Source: a virus
Lineage: Duplodnaviria > Caudoviricetes
Strand: one strand, 5' to 3'
IMG/VR virus record: IMGVR_UViG_3300033148_003473
Location: 1,552 to 65,551 of that record
Length of the DNA: 64,000 nt
The translations under genes were made by a program, and so were the position numbers. This document shows, piece after piece, positions 26,393-35,544 of this stretch (the first letter of the stretch is position 1; each line of letters starts with the position of its first letter). The notes under the pieces were generated by a model. That model had not been told where the DNA came from, ran no database searches, and saw only the letters and a program-made list of their open reading frames with translations.

Positions 26393-26775
26393 GCATACGG
26401 CTGGGGGCTGTATACCTGTGAGCTCAGCTCGTCCCTGATTATCTCCCAACAGCTCTCTAAATTGTTGATTACCTCCCTCTTTCGCAACCGCAACACCCTC
26501 CAGCCAATCCTCCACAGCAGCTTGTCCCTATAGTTGTCGCGTTGGCGACCATTCTTGGTTCGGTGCTCCTTACCGTCAACCTCAATGTTGAGCTTAACGG
26601 GCAGGACAGCAATGTCCATGTAGAATGTTTTGCGACGTGGTTTTATCGGGTGCTCAAGCCTGACGGCTTCCGTATCAAATGCACCGTGTTCAAGTATTCT
26701 GTCATAAACCAGTCGGTTTACCTTGGGGATTACTCTTCGCTTGTGTATGGGGAGACCCGTACCCTCTAGTGTCAC
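26389..26775 (-). CDS. DUF559/Vsr-like endonuclease
   Basis: DIAV...NIEVDGKEH...RD..RDKLL..GWRVLRL; start uncertain. Confidence 0.75.
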   Translation of the reverse strand: MTLEGTGLPIHKRRVIPKVNRLVYDRILEHGAFDTEAVRLEHPIKPRRKTFYMDIAVLPVKLNIEVDGKEHRTKNGRQRDNYRDKLLWRIGWRVLRLRKREVINNLESCWEIIRDELSSQVYSPQPYA

Positions 26776-26819
26776 TCTGGCTAGCCCTATGCCACAGCAC
26801 CTCCTTAATTTCATTATAC

Positions 26820-26833
26820 CAAACATATGTTCG
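26820..26833. promoter_or_regulatory. LexA box adjacent to extended -10 promoter
   Basis: CGAACATATGTTTG (minus strand) running into TGGTATAAT. Confidence 0.7.
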
Positions 26834-26835
26834 TT

Positions 26836-27123
26836 TTACCACCTGACTGCCGCCTGATACCAGGGAATCCAGCTCGTTTGCTTCTTACGCTTGCGTCCTG
26901 AGTTGGAATTCCCCTTGCGTTCACCGCGTCTCGTGTCCTCGTAGAAGCACGCTCGAATGTCACTGGTCCTGAGCTTGTCCGACTCCAGCGGTGGCCAAAA
27001 CTCCGACCCGCAACGCGGGCATTTCCAGAAGCCCATATCCTCGTACACCATTACCTCGCCGCAGTTGGGACAGTGGAGTATCTCCGTCTCCTGGTCGATC
27101 CGTTGTGCGGTCTGTGTGCTCAC
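26836..27123 (-). CDS. zinc-ribbon protein with basic C-terminal tail
   Basis: CPNC...CPRC; GRKRKK. Confidence 0.65.
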   Translation of the reverse strand: MSTQTAQRIDQETEILHCPNCGEVMVYEDMGFWKCPRCGSEFWPPLESDKLRTSDIRACFYEDTRRGERKGNSNSGRKRKKQTSWIPWYQAAVRW

Positions 27124-27153
27124 CGGCTGACCCCCTCCTAGTCTAGTCGCGTG

Positions 27154-27516
27154 TCAGTCTGTTCGCGTCTGATACAAAAACCGCGGCTCGCCCAGTTCGC
27201 GGTTGCGGTGGTTCAGATACGGGAATACCATGGCAGGCTCAATCACCGTGTATTTGACCGGCCACCTGCGCTTCGCCCATTCGGGGAGGAAGCGTTCCTT
27301 CACCGCCTCCCACCATGTTGCGGGATACTGTATTGGTTTCGCCTTCTGCCCCAGCACGAACCCGCGAACATCCGCCACCATCAGCTCACCCTCGGACTCA
27401 GCATAGACCTCTATGCTGGCTTCCCTGATACAAGCCAACACGTCATTGCTAAACGCTCGGCGCAGGCCCCACTTGATACGCTCCATCGTTAGTTCCTGCA
27501 CGCCGTCCACACTCAT
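27154..27516 (-). CDS. hypothetical protein
   Basis: YPATWWEAVKERFLPEWAKRRWPVKY phage-type motif. Confidence 0.6.
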   Translation of the reverse strand: MSVDGVQELTMERIKWGLRRAFSNDVLACIREASIEVYAESEGELMVADVRGFVLGQKAKPIQYPATWWEAVKERFLPEWAKRRWPVKYTVIEPAMVFPYLNHRNRELGEPRFLYQTRTD

Positions 27517-27770
27517 CCCTCCTCCCGTGTCAGTCTGTCGAGGAGTTCCAACTGCTTCTCCACGGCATACGCCTCTTTGGCCACTGAGCTGCTAGCCACT
27601 GTGCCATAGCGTGCGAGCGTGTCAATGCAGGCCGTGCGTTGTTGGTTGAGGCGTTGGCGTTCGGCATTGATGCGGCCACGCAGTATCGCTAGCAAATGTG
27701 GCGCAGCAAATCTCGGTTGGCCTTCATTGCGCCAGATATCTGCGCGTAAGCGGTGCTCAGCCTCATTCAT
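27513..27770 (-). CDS. hypothetical protein
   Basis: operonic ORF. Confidence 0.5.
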   Translation of the reverse strand: MNEAEHRLRADIWRNEGQPRFAAPHLLAILRGRINAERQRLNQQRTACIDTLARYGTVASSSVAKEAYAVEKQLELLDRLTREEG

Positions 27771-28194
27771 CGCCTCTCATCTCCCATACTCAACACGACT
27801 TGGGGACACTGCCTTGCGCTGGAATCGCAGTTGCCCGTATTGGTAGTCACTCACTGTCGTTTGCCTCCCACTCAATTGCCAACTCGGCGGGTGCTTTGGT
27901 CAGCCAAGCACTCATCAAACACTCACGCTTCGGTGGGTTATCGACTCGGATTGTCACGTAAGCGGTGTACTCATGTTCGGGTGCCCACGGCACCGTTTCT
28001 AGCCACTGCACGTTGGAGATTTTGCCCCGATAGGTCTCACTCACTGTCGCTCGCCTCCTAACTGTCGCAATTGTTCCTCCAGCCAATCATACAATTCGCG
28101 CAGATACAGCTTTTCAGTGAGCAACTCCCATAGGCTTAGCCATGCTTCTCGAAACTCCCAGAGGTCGTGAAGCCAACTGCCCTCGGGATATGGA

Positions 28195-28419
28195 TTACTC
28201 ATTAGCGCTTGCCTTCCGGTAAGCTATGGTGTCAATGTGCCTCTCTATCTGCGCCATGAAGGGTAGGAAGCGCATGAGCCACTCTGCCTTGTCGGCCCTA
28301 CGTCGCAGGCGGCGGAGCATGCACTCGTCATACAAATGCTTGGCGAGCTCAGGTCTTATATCCAATTGCCCGCTGAGACGCATAAACTCGGTGCGGTCAT
28401 TCGTCTCACAGGTCTGCAC
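28195..28419 (-). CDS. hypothetical protein
   Basis: starts within a junction repeat. Confidence 0.55.
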   Translation of the reverse strand: MQTCETNDRTEFMRLSGQLDIRPELAKHLYDECMLRRLRRRADKAEWLMRFLPFMAQIERHIDTIAYRKASANE

Positions 28420-28554
28420 CTAGCCCACCTCCCTGCGCCGCATTTCCCCAATAATCACTACCGTGCAGCCGAGCAAGAATAGAGATAGGTCGTCGAGAAC
28501 GTACCCGATAAGGATACCTATCGTTCCTAGCAGCTGTGTCACCCATGCCTGCAC
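28420..28554 (-). CDS. small membrane protein (44 aa)
   Basis: exactly fills the interval between two junction repeats. Confidence 0.6.
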   Translation of the reverse strand: MQAWVTQLLGTIGILIGYVLDDLSLFLLGCTVVIIGEMRRREVG

Positions 28555-28737
28555 CTAGCCCACCTCCATGAGCTTTTCGATAAACTTCAGCAGGCACTCC
28601 AGTGAACAAAAATGCTGTTCACCCACGCAACGGCCCCATTCCGCCGCGTCAATATCCTCTAGTCGATACCAGTTCAAAACGGGAAACCGTTCTGTCTTGC
28701 CACACTGGTCACCTTCGAGCATGTCGTATTGAGCCAC
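28555..28737 (-). CDS. small Cys-containing hypothetical protein
   Basis: HFCSLECL; bounded by repeats. Confidence 0.6.
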   Translation of the reverse strand: MAQYDMLEGDQCGKTERFPVLNWYRLEDIDAAEWGRCVGEQHFCSLECLLKFIEKLMEVG

Positions 28738-28950
28738 CTAGCCCACCTCCTCAATAAATCGCCGTATGTTCTCCAACCCCACATACCACCGCCCGTCAGC
28801 CACGTACAGAGCTGGCAGTTGGCGAATCCCATAGTCGCGATAGATGCCTTCCAGTGTATGCGCACTCGCCACAACTACGTCAGCGAGGCGACCCACTATC
28901 TCTCGCGCCTTGCGGGAATGTTCACTGCCGTCGAGCACAAACAATACCAC
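28738..28950 (-). CDS. glutaredoxin/thioredoxin-like small protein lacking CxxC
   Basis: YGIRQLPAL...YVGLENI. Confidence 0.5.
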   Translation of the reverse strand: MVLFVLDGSEHSRKAREIVGRLADVVVASAHTLEGIYRDYGIRQLPALYVADGRWYVGLENIRRFIEEVG

Positions 28951-29178
28951 CTAGCCCACCTCCTCAGCATGCTTTACTAGTTCCTCCATGCGCCCGGGCT
29001 CGGCATAATACCAGCCCGTCGCATGCCAGTCGTACACGAACTGAGCAAGTGTGTCTGTGTCACCCGTGTTGACCGCATTCATGGCGGCGGCGAGCAGGCC
29101 ACGGGCCATGTTGCGCAGCTGGTCCTCGGGCAGTACCTCAACCAGCCGCTTGAGCTGCTCCGTATCCAGTAAGTCCAT
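28951..29178 (-). CDS. hypothetical protein
   Basis: bounded by junction motifs. Confidence 0.55.
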   Translation of the reverse strand: MDLLDTEQLKRLVEVLPEDQLRNMARGLLAAAMNAVNTGDTDTLAQFVYDWHATGWYYAEPGRMEELVKHAEEVG

Positions 29179-29574
29179 TTACTCCACCTCCTCTACAGCC
29201 AGTAGGGAAGCGATAGCCACAGCACGGGGTGCCCGTTCGTGTATCACGCCGTCGATGAGTTCCGCCACCGGCTCCCAGTACCCGTCATGTGGGTCGAGTG
29301 CGATTGCTGTCACTTCAGCTTCCCCGCTGGGTAGCCACTCGACGTTGAGCCTAATGTCGCGATTGTGAACGCGCTCTATCACGTCCAGCATGGCGTTGCC
29401 GTCGGTGAGCGGGTTCCAGCCATGAATAACGCTCCGAGGGTTCGCAGGGTCGTGCCAGCCCTCCTCGCCTTGCGCGTTTTGCCAGTTCTTGGTTTGTATC
29501 CAGCCCATAACCTTCGTTGCCACGAGTTCAATCAGCTGTTCATCTGTCAGTTGCTCCAGCTCAGCGTTGGTCAT
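29179..29574 (-). CDS. phage ABA-sandwich-like protein
   Basis: LVATKVMGW...WNPLTDGNAMLDV...APRAVAIASL. Confidence 0.65.
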   Translation of the reverse strand: MTNAELEQLTDEQLIELVATKVMGWIQTKNWQNAQGEEGWHDPANPRSVIHGWNPLTDGNAMLDVIERVHNRDIRLNVEWLPSGEAEVTAIALDPHDGYWEPVAELIDGVIHERAPRAVAIASLLAVEEVE

Positions 29575-29771
29575 GGTTGCGCCTCCTCCCAGAATGGCAG
29601 CTTCCATTGGTCATCCTCGCGCTTCACGTCGTAGCTGATAATGTGCTGTACGCCCTGCTCACCACAGCTCGGGCAGAAGTTCGGCCACTCGTTGGGATTA
29701 GCCACATTGAGCAGATAGAAAAACTCGCCACAGTCAACACACACGTATTGGTGAATGGATTGCAGCTTCAT
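29571..29771 (-). CDS. zinc-ribbon protein
   Basis: CVDC...FCPSCG. Confidence 0.55.
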   Translation of the reverse strand: MKLQSIHQYVCVDCGEFFYLLNVANPNEWPNFCPSCGEQGVQHIISYDVKREDDQWKLPFWEEAQP

Positions 29772-29960
29772 TCAAACCACCTCCCCCAGCAGTCTTGTTC
29801 CACAGGTGCAGACATACGTGCCGTATGCGTCGCGAATCATGTCTTCGATGCCTTGCGTCTTCCCGCAATGTGGGCACGTAATCGTTGCGTAACCCGCCAT
29901 TACGAGCCGTTCCAGTTCCGCATCCCGCCTTCGTGGTTTTTCGCTGACAGGAAAATACAT
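29772..29960 (-). CDS. zinc-ribbon protein
   Basis: CPHC...CTCG. Confidence 0.5.
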   Translation of the reverse strand: MYFPVSEKPRRRDAELERLVMAGYATITCPHCGKTQGIEDMIRDAYGTYVCTCGTRLLGEVV

Positions 29961-30122
29961 TCACCCCACCTCCTCGAATTCGTCCCAGTCCTCCAATACC
30001 GTCTCCTCCTCGTCGTGTACCTGCTGGTCGAGTTCGTAGCACGAATGGCACAGGTACGCTCCACACTGCTCGCAATAGTACAGGTAGTCGACTCTGCCGC
30101 AGTCGTCACAGGGGCCGAACAT
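29961..30122 (-). CDS. B-box-like zinc finger small protein
   Basis: translated by hand: CDDC..YYCEQCGAYLCHSC; ends EEVG. Confidence 0.5.
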   Translation of the reverse strand: MFGPCDDCGRVDYLYYCEQCGAYLCHSCYELDQQVHDEEETVLEDWDEFEEVG

Positions 30123-30499
30123 TACCCCACCTCCTCCAGTGGTATAATCTCAACCTCAACGCGCGGGTTGTCGGGGTCCACACGGAACTCGTGTTCAATG
30201 CCTGCGATTTGCTTCCAGCCGTCGTTTTGTAGTATGCCAGCCTTCACCAGTCCGTCGAGCACGAACTTGGCCCCGGCCTCAATGTTGTCAGGGTCTTTGC
30301 GTCGGTTCGGACAGTACCAGGTGATGCGCAACAGGGCGCGTTGCACGGGTTTGGACCTCAGGCGCCGGAGTTCCTTGGCGAGCCATGCGACCCGCTCAGT
30401 CTCCGCCCGTTTCAACGAGGAGTAGGAGCCCCAGTGCGCCTTGCTCTCGGCGATGATGGTGTTCAGGTCCGGCAGTTCGCCCGGGATGGTGAATCTCAT
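30122..30499 (-). CDS. rusA: RusA-like Holliday junction resolvase
   Basis: RRKDPDNI, KFVLDGLV, NDG, NPRVEVEI. Confidence 0.85.
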   Translation of the reverse strand: MRFTIPGELPDLNTIIAESKAHWGSYSSLKRAETERVAWLAKELRRLRSKPVQRALLRITWYCPNRRKDPDNIEAGAKFVLDGLVKAGILQNDGWKQIAGIEHEFRVDPDNPRVEVEIIPLEEVG

Positions 30500-30716
30500 G
30501 GGAACAGCCACCCGTAGGCTATGCTTGTGAGCGCCGCAGTAAAGAGCAACAGCAGCACCCAATTAAACACCGTACTCGCCTTCTCGCTAGCCCTGTTTAG
30601 CCACGGTGACCTACGCTTCAGGTAGTGCGAACCAATGCTTAGCAATGCTACCACTACCAAACCCAACAGAAACCCGCCTACCCCCACTACGAAAGACACC
30701 AGCAGTCTGTACGCTG

Positions 30717-31145
30717 TCACGACATCTCCACCTCCGCCAGAATCGCAGCCAGACAGATTGCCTCGGGTGCTGTGTCTCGCTTGGCTCCCTCAGACATGAT
30801 AAACTCCACAAAGCCTCGGCCCATTGCGTTTCCGAGTGTTTGGTAGAAGGGTGCAGAACACCAGCCGGGTTTCGTCATGCGGGGAAAAACAATGAGGTTG
30901 TGTTTTTCGGCAACCGCCCATGCCGCAGCCATGTCGGTGGTGTAGTGTTTGATGTAGCCGAAGACGCCTTCTCCGTGTGGCCGTGGCCCTGCACTATTGG
31001 CGCCTCCGCAGTCACAGCGATACCTGGTGCCACTGACCCACCTCTCGGCGAACACATTACACCCAAGAACGGCCTCCGCCACCCAGGCGTCCCGTTCCCT
31101 CGGTGTCATGCTCTCCCACCTTTGCAGTACCTCGTCACGGGTCAC
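30717..31145 (-). CDS. phage ABA-sandwich-like protein
   Basis: DAWVAEAVLG...YTTDMAAAWAV...TAPEAICLAA. Confidence 0.65.
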   Translation of the reverse strand: MTRDEVLQRWESMTPRERDAWVAEAVLGCNVFAERWVSGTRYRCDCGGANSAGPRPHGEGVFGYIKHYTTDMAAAWAVAEKHNLIVFPRMTKPGWCSAPFYQTLGNAMGRGFVEFIMSEGAKRDTAPEAICLAAILAEVEMS

Positions 31146-31338
31146 TCGGTATCAGCCTCCTCATACAATTTCGCCGCGTACCCCACACCTGAAACTGCTG
31201 GGCCGCAAGCTGCAATGAGTGTCACTGTTGCGATGAACGGATGGATTAGCACTTGTTCCAACGCGTACCAGCTCACGATGCTCCCTAGCGCGAAACCAAT
31301 GTACGCCCAGCACAACGCTGTGATGGCGAGTAATGCCC

Positions 31339-31662
31339 TCACTCCACCTCAGCCTCCACCAGCTCAAACCGTACCACCCATACCAACCTATCGCCATCCC
31401 AGAAGCCGTAGATGTCCTCGAAGGCCCGCCTGTACGCATCCACGGACTCGTACCCCTCGGCCCGGGCATCGTCGTCATTGAGCGCACCGAGTGGTTCCCG
31501 ACGGACCCCGAGGATCCGTACCCGCGCAAACGGCTCCGAGACGTAGTTCAGCTTACACTGGTGCACAGAACCCACATTCCATCGTTTGGCGCCTGTCCTG
31601 CGGGTCTCGGTTTTCGTGCCGTTGAGAATGGGTTCCACGTGCTCGGGTTTGAACAGTATCAC
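31339..31662 (-). CDS. ASCH domain protein
   Basis: ILNGTKTETRR, DARAEGY, VWVVRF. Confidence 0.85.
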   Translation of the reverse strand: MILFKPEHVEPILNGTKTETRRTGAKRWNVGSVHQCKLNYVSEPFARVRILGVRREPLGALNDDDARAEGYESVDAYRRAFEDIYGFWDGDRLVWVVRFELVEAEVE

Positions 31663-31817
31663 TCCCGCTCCCTCCTCTCCAGGTACTCCCGAATCGCCTC
31701 CGTCGCCACGCGGTAGAGCGGCCTACCGTCCTCGCGGGCTAGCTCTTTCAGTTGCTCAGCCTCGTCGCGTAGTACGCCCAGTGCTGTTACGTTCTGCTGA
31801 TACTCGGTGCGCGTCAC
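31659..31817 (-). CDS. ribbon-helix-helix protein
   Basis: LKELAREDGRPLYRVATEAIREYL; AAGGAGG RBS. Confidence 0.6.
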   Translation of the reverse strand: MTRTEYQQNVTALGVLRDEAEQLKELAREDGRPLYRVATEAIREYLERRERE

Positions 31818-32173
31818 AAGCTCTCCTCCTTGCATTGCGTTTTGCAATCTCCTCTGATTGCGGGTTGCAGGCCCCGCCCTCCAGGCCACAGCCCGGGCAT
31901 ATCCAGCAGCGGCCTTCGAGGATTAGTCGTGTATTGCAGTTGGGGCAGTACATGGGGATTCTCACGCTCTCTCCTCCTTCGTTGATGCTCATCGGTATAT
32001 CGCTACGACCATCCACAACACAGCACTCACCCCAAGCACCACGTCAGCTATGCTAATGGTCGCCTTCTCAACGTCGCCCTTCTGCCAATGCCGCCACATG
32101 CGCCATGTCGTCATACCCACCTCGGAGAGCGTCAGTAGAATCAGCACCCAGCCATAAATTGCGAAGAAGTTGG

Positions 32174-34333
32174 TCATGAACCCACCTCCCATACGCGGTT
32201 AAACAGTGGGCAGTCGTCCTCGATGCGCCGTCGTGACATATCTGTGTACTCGGGGTTTAGCTCGATGCCGATGAACGCCCTCCCCTTCCGTGTTGCTACA
32301 AGGCCCGTTGTGCCTGCGCCAGCGAAGGGGTCGAGTACGATGCTCTTGCCACTGCCGTCGTTGCCTTCGCAGGTGCAGGTGGGTTGCCAGCTGGTGGTCT
32401 CTCGTGTTGTCTGCCAGCCGCGTTCAGGTGGAGCTGCCTTGCCCATGCGTTGGTGTGCGAGGCTCTTCGTGCGCCCCGCGTCGTCGCGTTCGCTCAACTC
32501 TGTGCGCTCTACTACCCGCGCCCACGGTGCCCCACAATGCGGGCAAGCTTTCGGGCTTGCTCCGGCGAGGATGCAGGGTTCAATGAGCTTGTCGGGAAAA
32601 ACTGCGAAGTGACTTCCGGGGAATGGCTGCGTCGCCACGGTCCAGACATCCCGCTTGTTGCGGCCCTTGGCGCGCTGCGTACTAACATGGACGCTACTAC
32701 CGTCGCCATGTGAGGAATTGGACACCCCTCGAGGTTGATTCGTGTATCTCGATGAACGGAAATCTGTACGGTCCATTGAGGTCTGCCACGGCTCCCGTAT
32801 CGCGTCAGCGTCGTAATAGTACCGTTGACTCTTGGCCAGCAGGAAGATGAACTCATGCGCCCGCGTGGGCCTGTCTGTTACGCTTTCCGGGAGCGGGTTC
32901 GGTTTGGAGTTATGGGTGAGTACGCCGCTTGCCAGCGCGAACAAATGTGGCCCGTCGGCTACCCCGATATCCCAAAACTTGCGAGCACGGCTCCTGCCGA
33001 TAGCAACAATTTCTGTGTCGGGCTTCGCATTAAAGTGGTTACTCGGGTCAAACCGAATTTCCCCACGGAACGCTGGGTAGGTCTTATCGCCAATGTTGGC
33101 CGTTGAGAGATTTATCCGCAGTTGGATTCCGAGCCGAGCAGCAATCGTTCGCAAGTCTTCAGCCCACGCATAGTTCCTGGTGAAGCCCAGCCGCCAGCGG
33201 TTGTTGTGCGGTTCATGGTGGCCGTCGCCTTCGAGATAACCCTGCAGGAGTGCCCGCAGGAACCCGTTGCTTCTTTGCCATGCGGCGGTCGTCAGGTGTT
33301 TGGTCTTTGCCGAGGACCCGCTCACATAGGTGTCGATGATGCCTTCGAGCACCTTACCCGTGAGGTTGATGCTCATGGCCTTGCCGCCCGTGTGGTACGT
33401 ATTGCAGGTGCCATGATAGGCCCGGGCAATTTTCGCCAGCCGCTCGGCGCGTCGCGTTTCCTTGACATGCGCGGCTACTTGAAGCTTGCTCCGAGATTTA
33501 CTACCCTCAGCGATATACATGCCGACGAACCAACCAATGTCAGTATCGTCCAACCCCCCTGGGGACTCTGGTTGGTCGGCTTTGGGTATGATTGTGGACT
33601 GTATCACGTCACCCGCCTGTAGTTCGTCGGCTCTGAGCAAACCCCGCTGTGTCGGCCACCTGTGGGCCGGCGTGCAGCCAATGCGTTCGCCGCTGCGTAG
33701 CGTAATGGCAATAGGATTATCGGGCCTCGGCGTCTCCGACCAGCCCAATACCTGCGTCCACTTTTCGCCGTTCCAGAGCTGTACGGTTGAGGGGTCAAGG
33801 CGAACCATGTCCTTGATCGTCATGGGCATAACGCCTTTTTGCGTCTTGGCATAGACCTTCGTGCCGCCCGAAAGGCACCAAACTATGTCCGAGCGCAACC
33901 ACCAGCCATCGGCACGGAGGGCGAAGGCCACGGCCCACGGGATGCCCACAAGGTCTTTAGGTTTGAGCGCGTCAACCCGTGTCGGCCGGCCGTTCGCCTG
34001 TACCTCCACTACCTTACCCAGCTCAGACGTTACCCCGGCCGGCCCCTTGCCGCTCCCGTTGTAGGAGTCGCCGAGGTTGCACCAACAGGTTCCATCCGGC
34101 CGAAGCACCCGCCGCACCTCGCGGAATATCTCGACCAGCTTCTGCACGTACTCCTCGGGCGTGGGTTCAAGGCCGAGTTGCCCGTCTACCCCATAATCGC
34201 GAAGCGACCAGTAAGGGGGTGAGGTCACACACGTCTGCACACAGCCGTCAGGCATGTCGCGTAGCACGTTGAGAGCGTCACCCGTCTCCACATGCCATGT
34301 GCGCCTGCCCTCCAGTACGTCGGTGATGCTCAC
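32174..34333 (-). CDS. N4/N6 DNA methyltransferase containing an intein
   Basis: TSPPYW, KPKDLVGIPW, HFAVFP, VLDPFAGAGTT. Confidence 0.92.
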   Translation of the reverse strand: MSITDVLEGRRTWHVETGDALNVLRDMPDGCVQTCVTSPPYWSLRDYGVDGQLGLEPTPEEYVQKLVEIFREVRRVLRPDGTCWCNLGDSYNGSGKGPAGVTSELGKVVEVQANGRPTRVDALKPKDLVGIPWAVAFALRADGWWLRSDIVWCLSGGTKVYAKTQKGVMPMTIKDMVRLDPSTVQLWNGEKWTQVLGWSETPRPDNPIAITLRSGERIGCTPAHRWPTQRGLLRADELQAGDVIQSTIIPKADQPESPGGLDDTDIGWFVGMYIAEGSKSRSKLQVAAHVKETRRAERLAKIARAYHGTCNTYHTGGKAMSINLTGKVLEGIIDTYVSGSSAKTKHLTTAAWQRSNGFLRALLQGYLEGDGHHEPHNNRWRLGFTRNYAWAEDLRTIAARLGIQLRINLSTANIGDKTYPAFRGEIRFDPSNHFNAKPDTEIVAIGRSRARKFWDIGVADGPHLFALASGVLTHNSKPNPLPESVTDRPTRAHEFIFLLAKSQRYYYDADAIREPWQTSMDRTDFRSSRYTNQPRGVSNSSHGDGSSVHVSTQRAKGRNKRDVWTVATQPFPGSHFAVFPDKLIEPCILAGASPKACPHCGAPWARVVERTELSERDDAGRTKSLAHQRMGKAAPPERGWQTTRETTSWQPTCTCEGNDGSGKSIVLDPFAGAGTTGLVATRKGRAFIGIELNPEYTDMSRRRIEDDCPLFNRVWEVGS
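32909..33877 (-). mobile_element. intein with LAGLIDADG homing endonuclease (323 aa)
   Basis: W|CLSGGT...TPAHRWP...GWFVGMYIAEG...GYLEGDG...VLTHN|S. Confidence 0.92.
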
Positions 34334-35544
34334 ACTGCCACCCCGCTCTCCACGGCCATGATTCTCCGCCCTATCCATTCAATGACGGGCACCGTGACGG
34401 CGTTGCCCATTGCTCTGTAGCGGGGGCTGTCGGGGGTGTCCTCTCCGTCGATGGCTGTGAAGTCATCCGGAAAGCCCTGCAGCCGCTCACACTCCCGTGG
34501 CGTGAGCCGACGAACGCCCACACATGGTTGACGTTGCCCACCCTGCGCAGTGTTAAGCGTCGGGCATATTCCGTCGCTGTTCATACGGTGAACACCGTCA
34601 GGGCTTCGCGGTTCCCACAAGAGAGACGGCACCTGGTTCGTCCCGCTCGGTGCCCCACGCAGTGTCGGGCTCTGCTCCTCGCGGTAGCCGAGACTCCCGG
34701 CCTTTGCGGATTGGCCAGCAGAAAAGGCGGCCACCAACTGTCCGTCGGCGGCCTCCTCTGCGTTCGGCCCCTTGTATGCACGCTCCTTGAGTGTTCCTAT
34801 TGCTTCGGCTACAAAGGTTTCTGTTTCGCTGTCCATTCGAGTGCCCGTCGTAACGCATTTGGCAAGGCCCTGCCTCGCTTTCTCGCGCGGCGCAGGATTC
34901 CCCGGCAGGCTCTCGGGCTCAAATAGTACCTTGGCGGGATAGGCCCGGTTTCGAGAGTGTCCGACAATGAACACACGGCAGCGTCTTTGGGCCACTCCGA
35001 AGTATTGAGAGTCAAATATCCGATAGGCCCACCAGTAGCCGAGCTCTCCCAGCGTAGCTGTGACGGTCTCAAGGTCGCTTGTCTCTTCCACGTCCCACTG
35101 ACCCTCCACACTATCTGCCCATTTGCGAGCCTCTTCTTCCGAACCGAAATCGCGGGTTGGTATCTCGAACGGCGGCGGTTCAATGGGTGTCCAAGATGAA
35201 AGTAACCCAGGGACGTTCTCGATGAGAACCCAACGGGGAGCGAGTTCACCAACGATGCGAGCGAACTCGTGGAATAGTCCGGATCGCTCTCCAGCCAGTC
35301 CAGCACGGTTTCCAGCCACCGAGAGGTCCTGGCAGGGGAAACCTCCAGAGATAAGGTCAACTGATGCGAGTTCTGCTTTGCCAACATCTCTCACGTCCTT
35401 GAAGTGTTGTACCTCAGGCCAATGTGTCGTGAGCACCCTCTGGTTGAATCTGTCTATCTCGACCTGCCAGACAGGTTCCATGCCCGCACGTTCCAGGCCG
35501 AGGTCAAAGCCTCCAACACCGGCAAACAGCGACCCAAACCTCAC
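34330..35544 (-). CDS. C5 cytosine DNA methyltransferase
   Basis: SLFAGVGG, GGFPCQDLS, ENVPG, QRRCRVFIVG, RRLTPRECERLQGFPD, YRAMGNAV. Confidence 0.93.
   Translation of the reverse strand: MRFGSLFAGVGGFDLGLERAGMEPVWQVEIDRFNQRVLTTHWPEVQHFKDVRDVGKAELASVDLISGGFPCQDLSVAGNRAGLAGERSGLFHEFARIVGELAPRWVLIENVPGLLSSWTPIEPPPFEIPTRDFGSEEEARKWADSVEGQWDVEETSDLETVTATLGELGYWWAYRIFDSQYFGVAQRRCRVFIVGHSRNRAYPAKVLFEPESLPGNPAPREKARQGLAKCVTTGTRMDSETETFVAEAIGTLKERAYKGPNAEEAADGQLVAAFSAGQSAKAGSLGYREEQSPTLRGAPSGTNQVPSLLWEPRSPDGVHRMNSDGICPTLNTAQGGQRQPCVGVRRLTPRECERLQGFPDDFTAIDGEDTPDSPRYRAMGNAVTVPVIEWIGRRIMAVESGVAV
34809..35387 (-). CDS. overprinted alternative-frame methyltransferase beta-like subunit
   Basis: SLSDTLE..PPRYYLSPRACRGILRRA..RG..LP..L..ALE as in M.EcoHK31I-type beta peptides. 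Confidence 0.65.
   Translation of the reverse strand: MLAKQNSHQLTLSLEVSPARTSRWLETVLDWLESDPDYSTSSLASLVNSLPVGFSSRTSLGYFHLGHPLNRRRSRYQPAISVRKKRLANGQIVWRVSGTWKRQATLRPSQLRWESSATGGPIGYLTLNTSEWPKDAAVCSLSDTLETGPIPPRYYLSPRACRGILRRARKRGRALPNALRRALEWTAKQKPL

Larger units (their letters stand above)
28417..28963. repeat. four identical 16-bp gene-junction repeats CACCTAGCCCACCTCC
   Basis: copies at 28417, 28552, 28735, 28948; on the minus strand each is RBS + TAG + GTG. Confidence 0.9.

Noticed and set aside
28417-28963. Regularly recurring 16-bp repeat as a CRISPR array
   Set aside because: Spacers are 120-200 bp complete ORFs and the repeat is RBS-stop-start; no cas genes
29517-31481. Long plus-strand ORFs (302 and 291 aa)
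   Set aside because: Antisense to well-formed minus-strand genes; expected in GC-rich DNA
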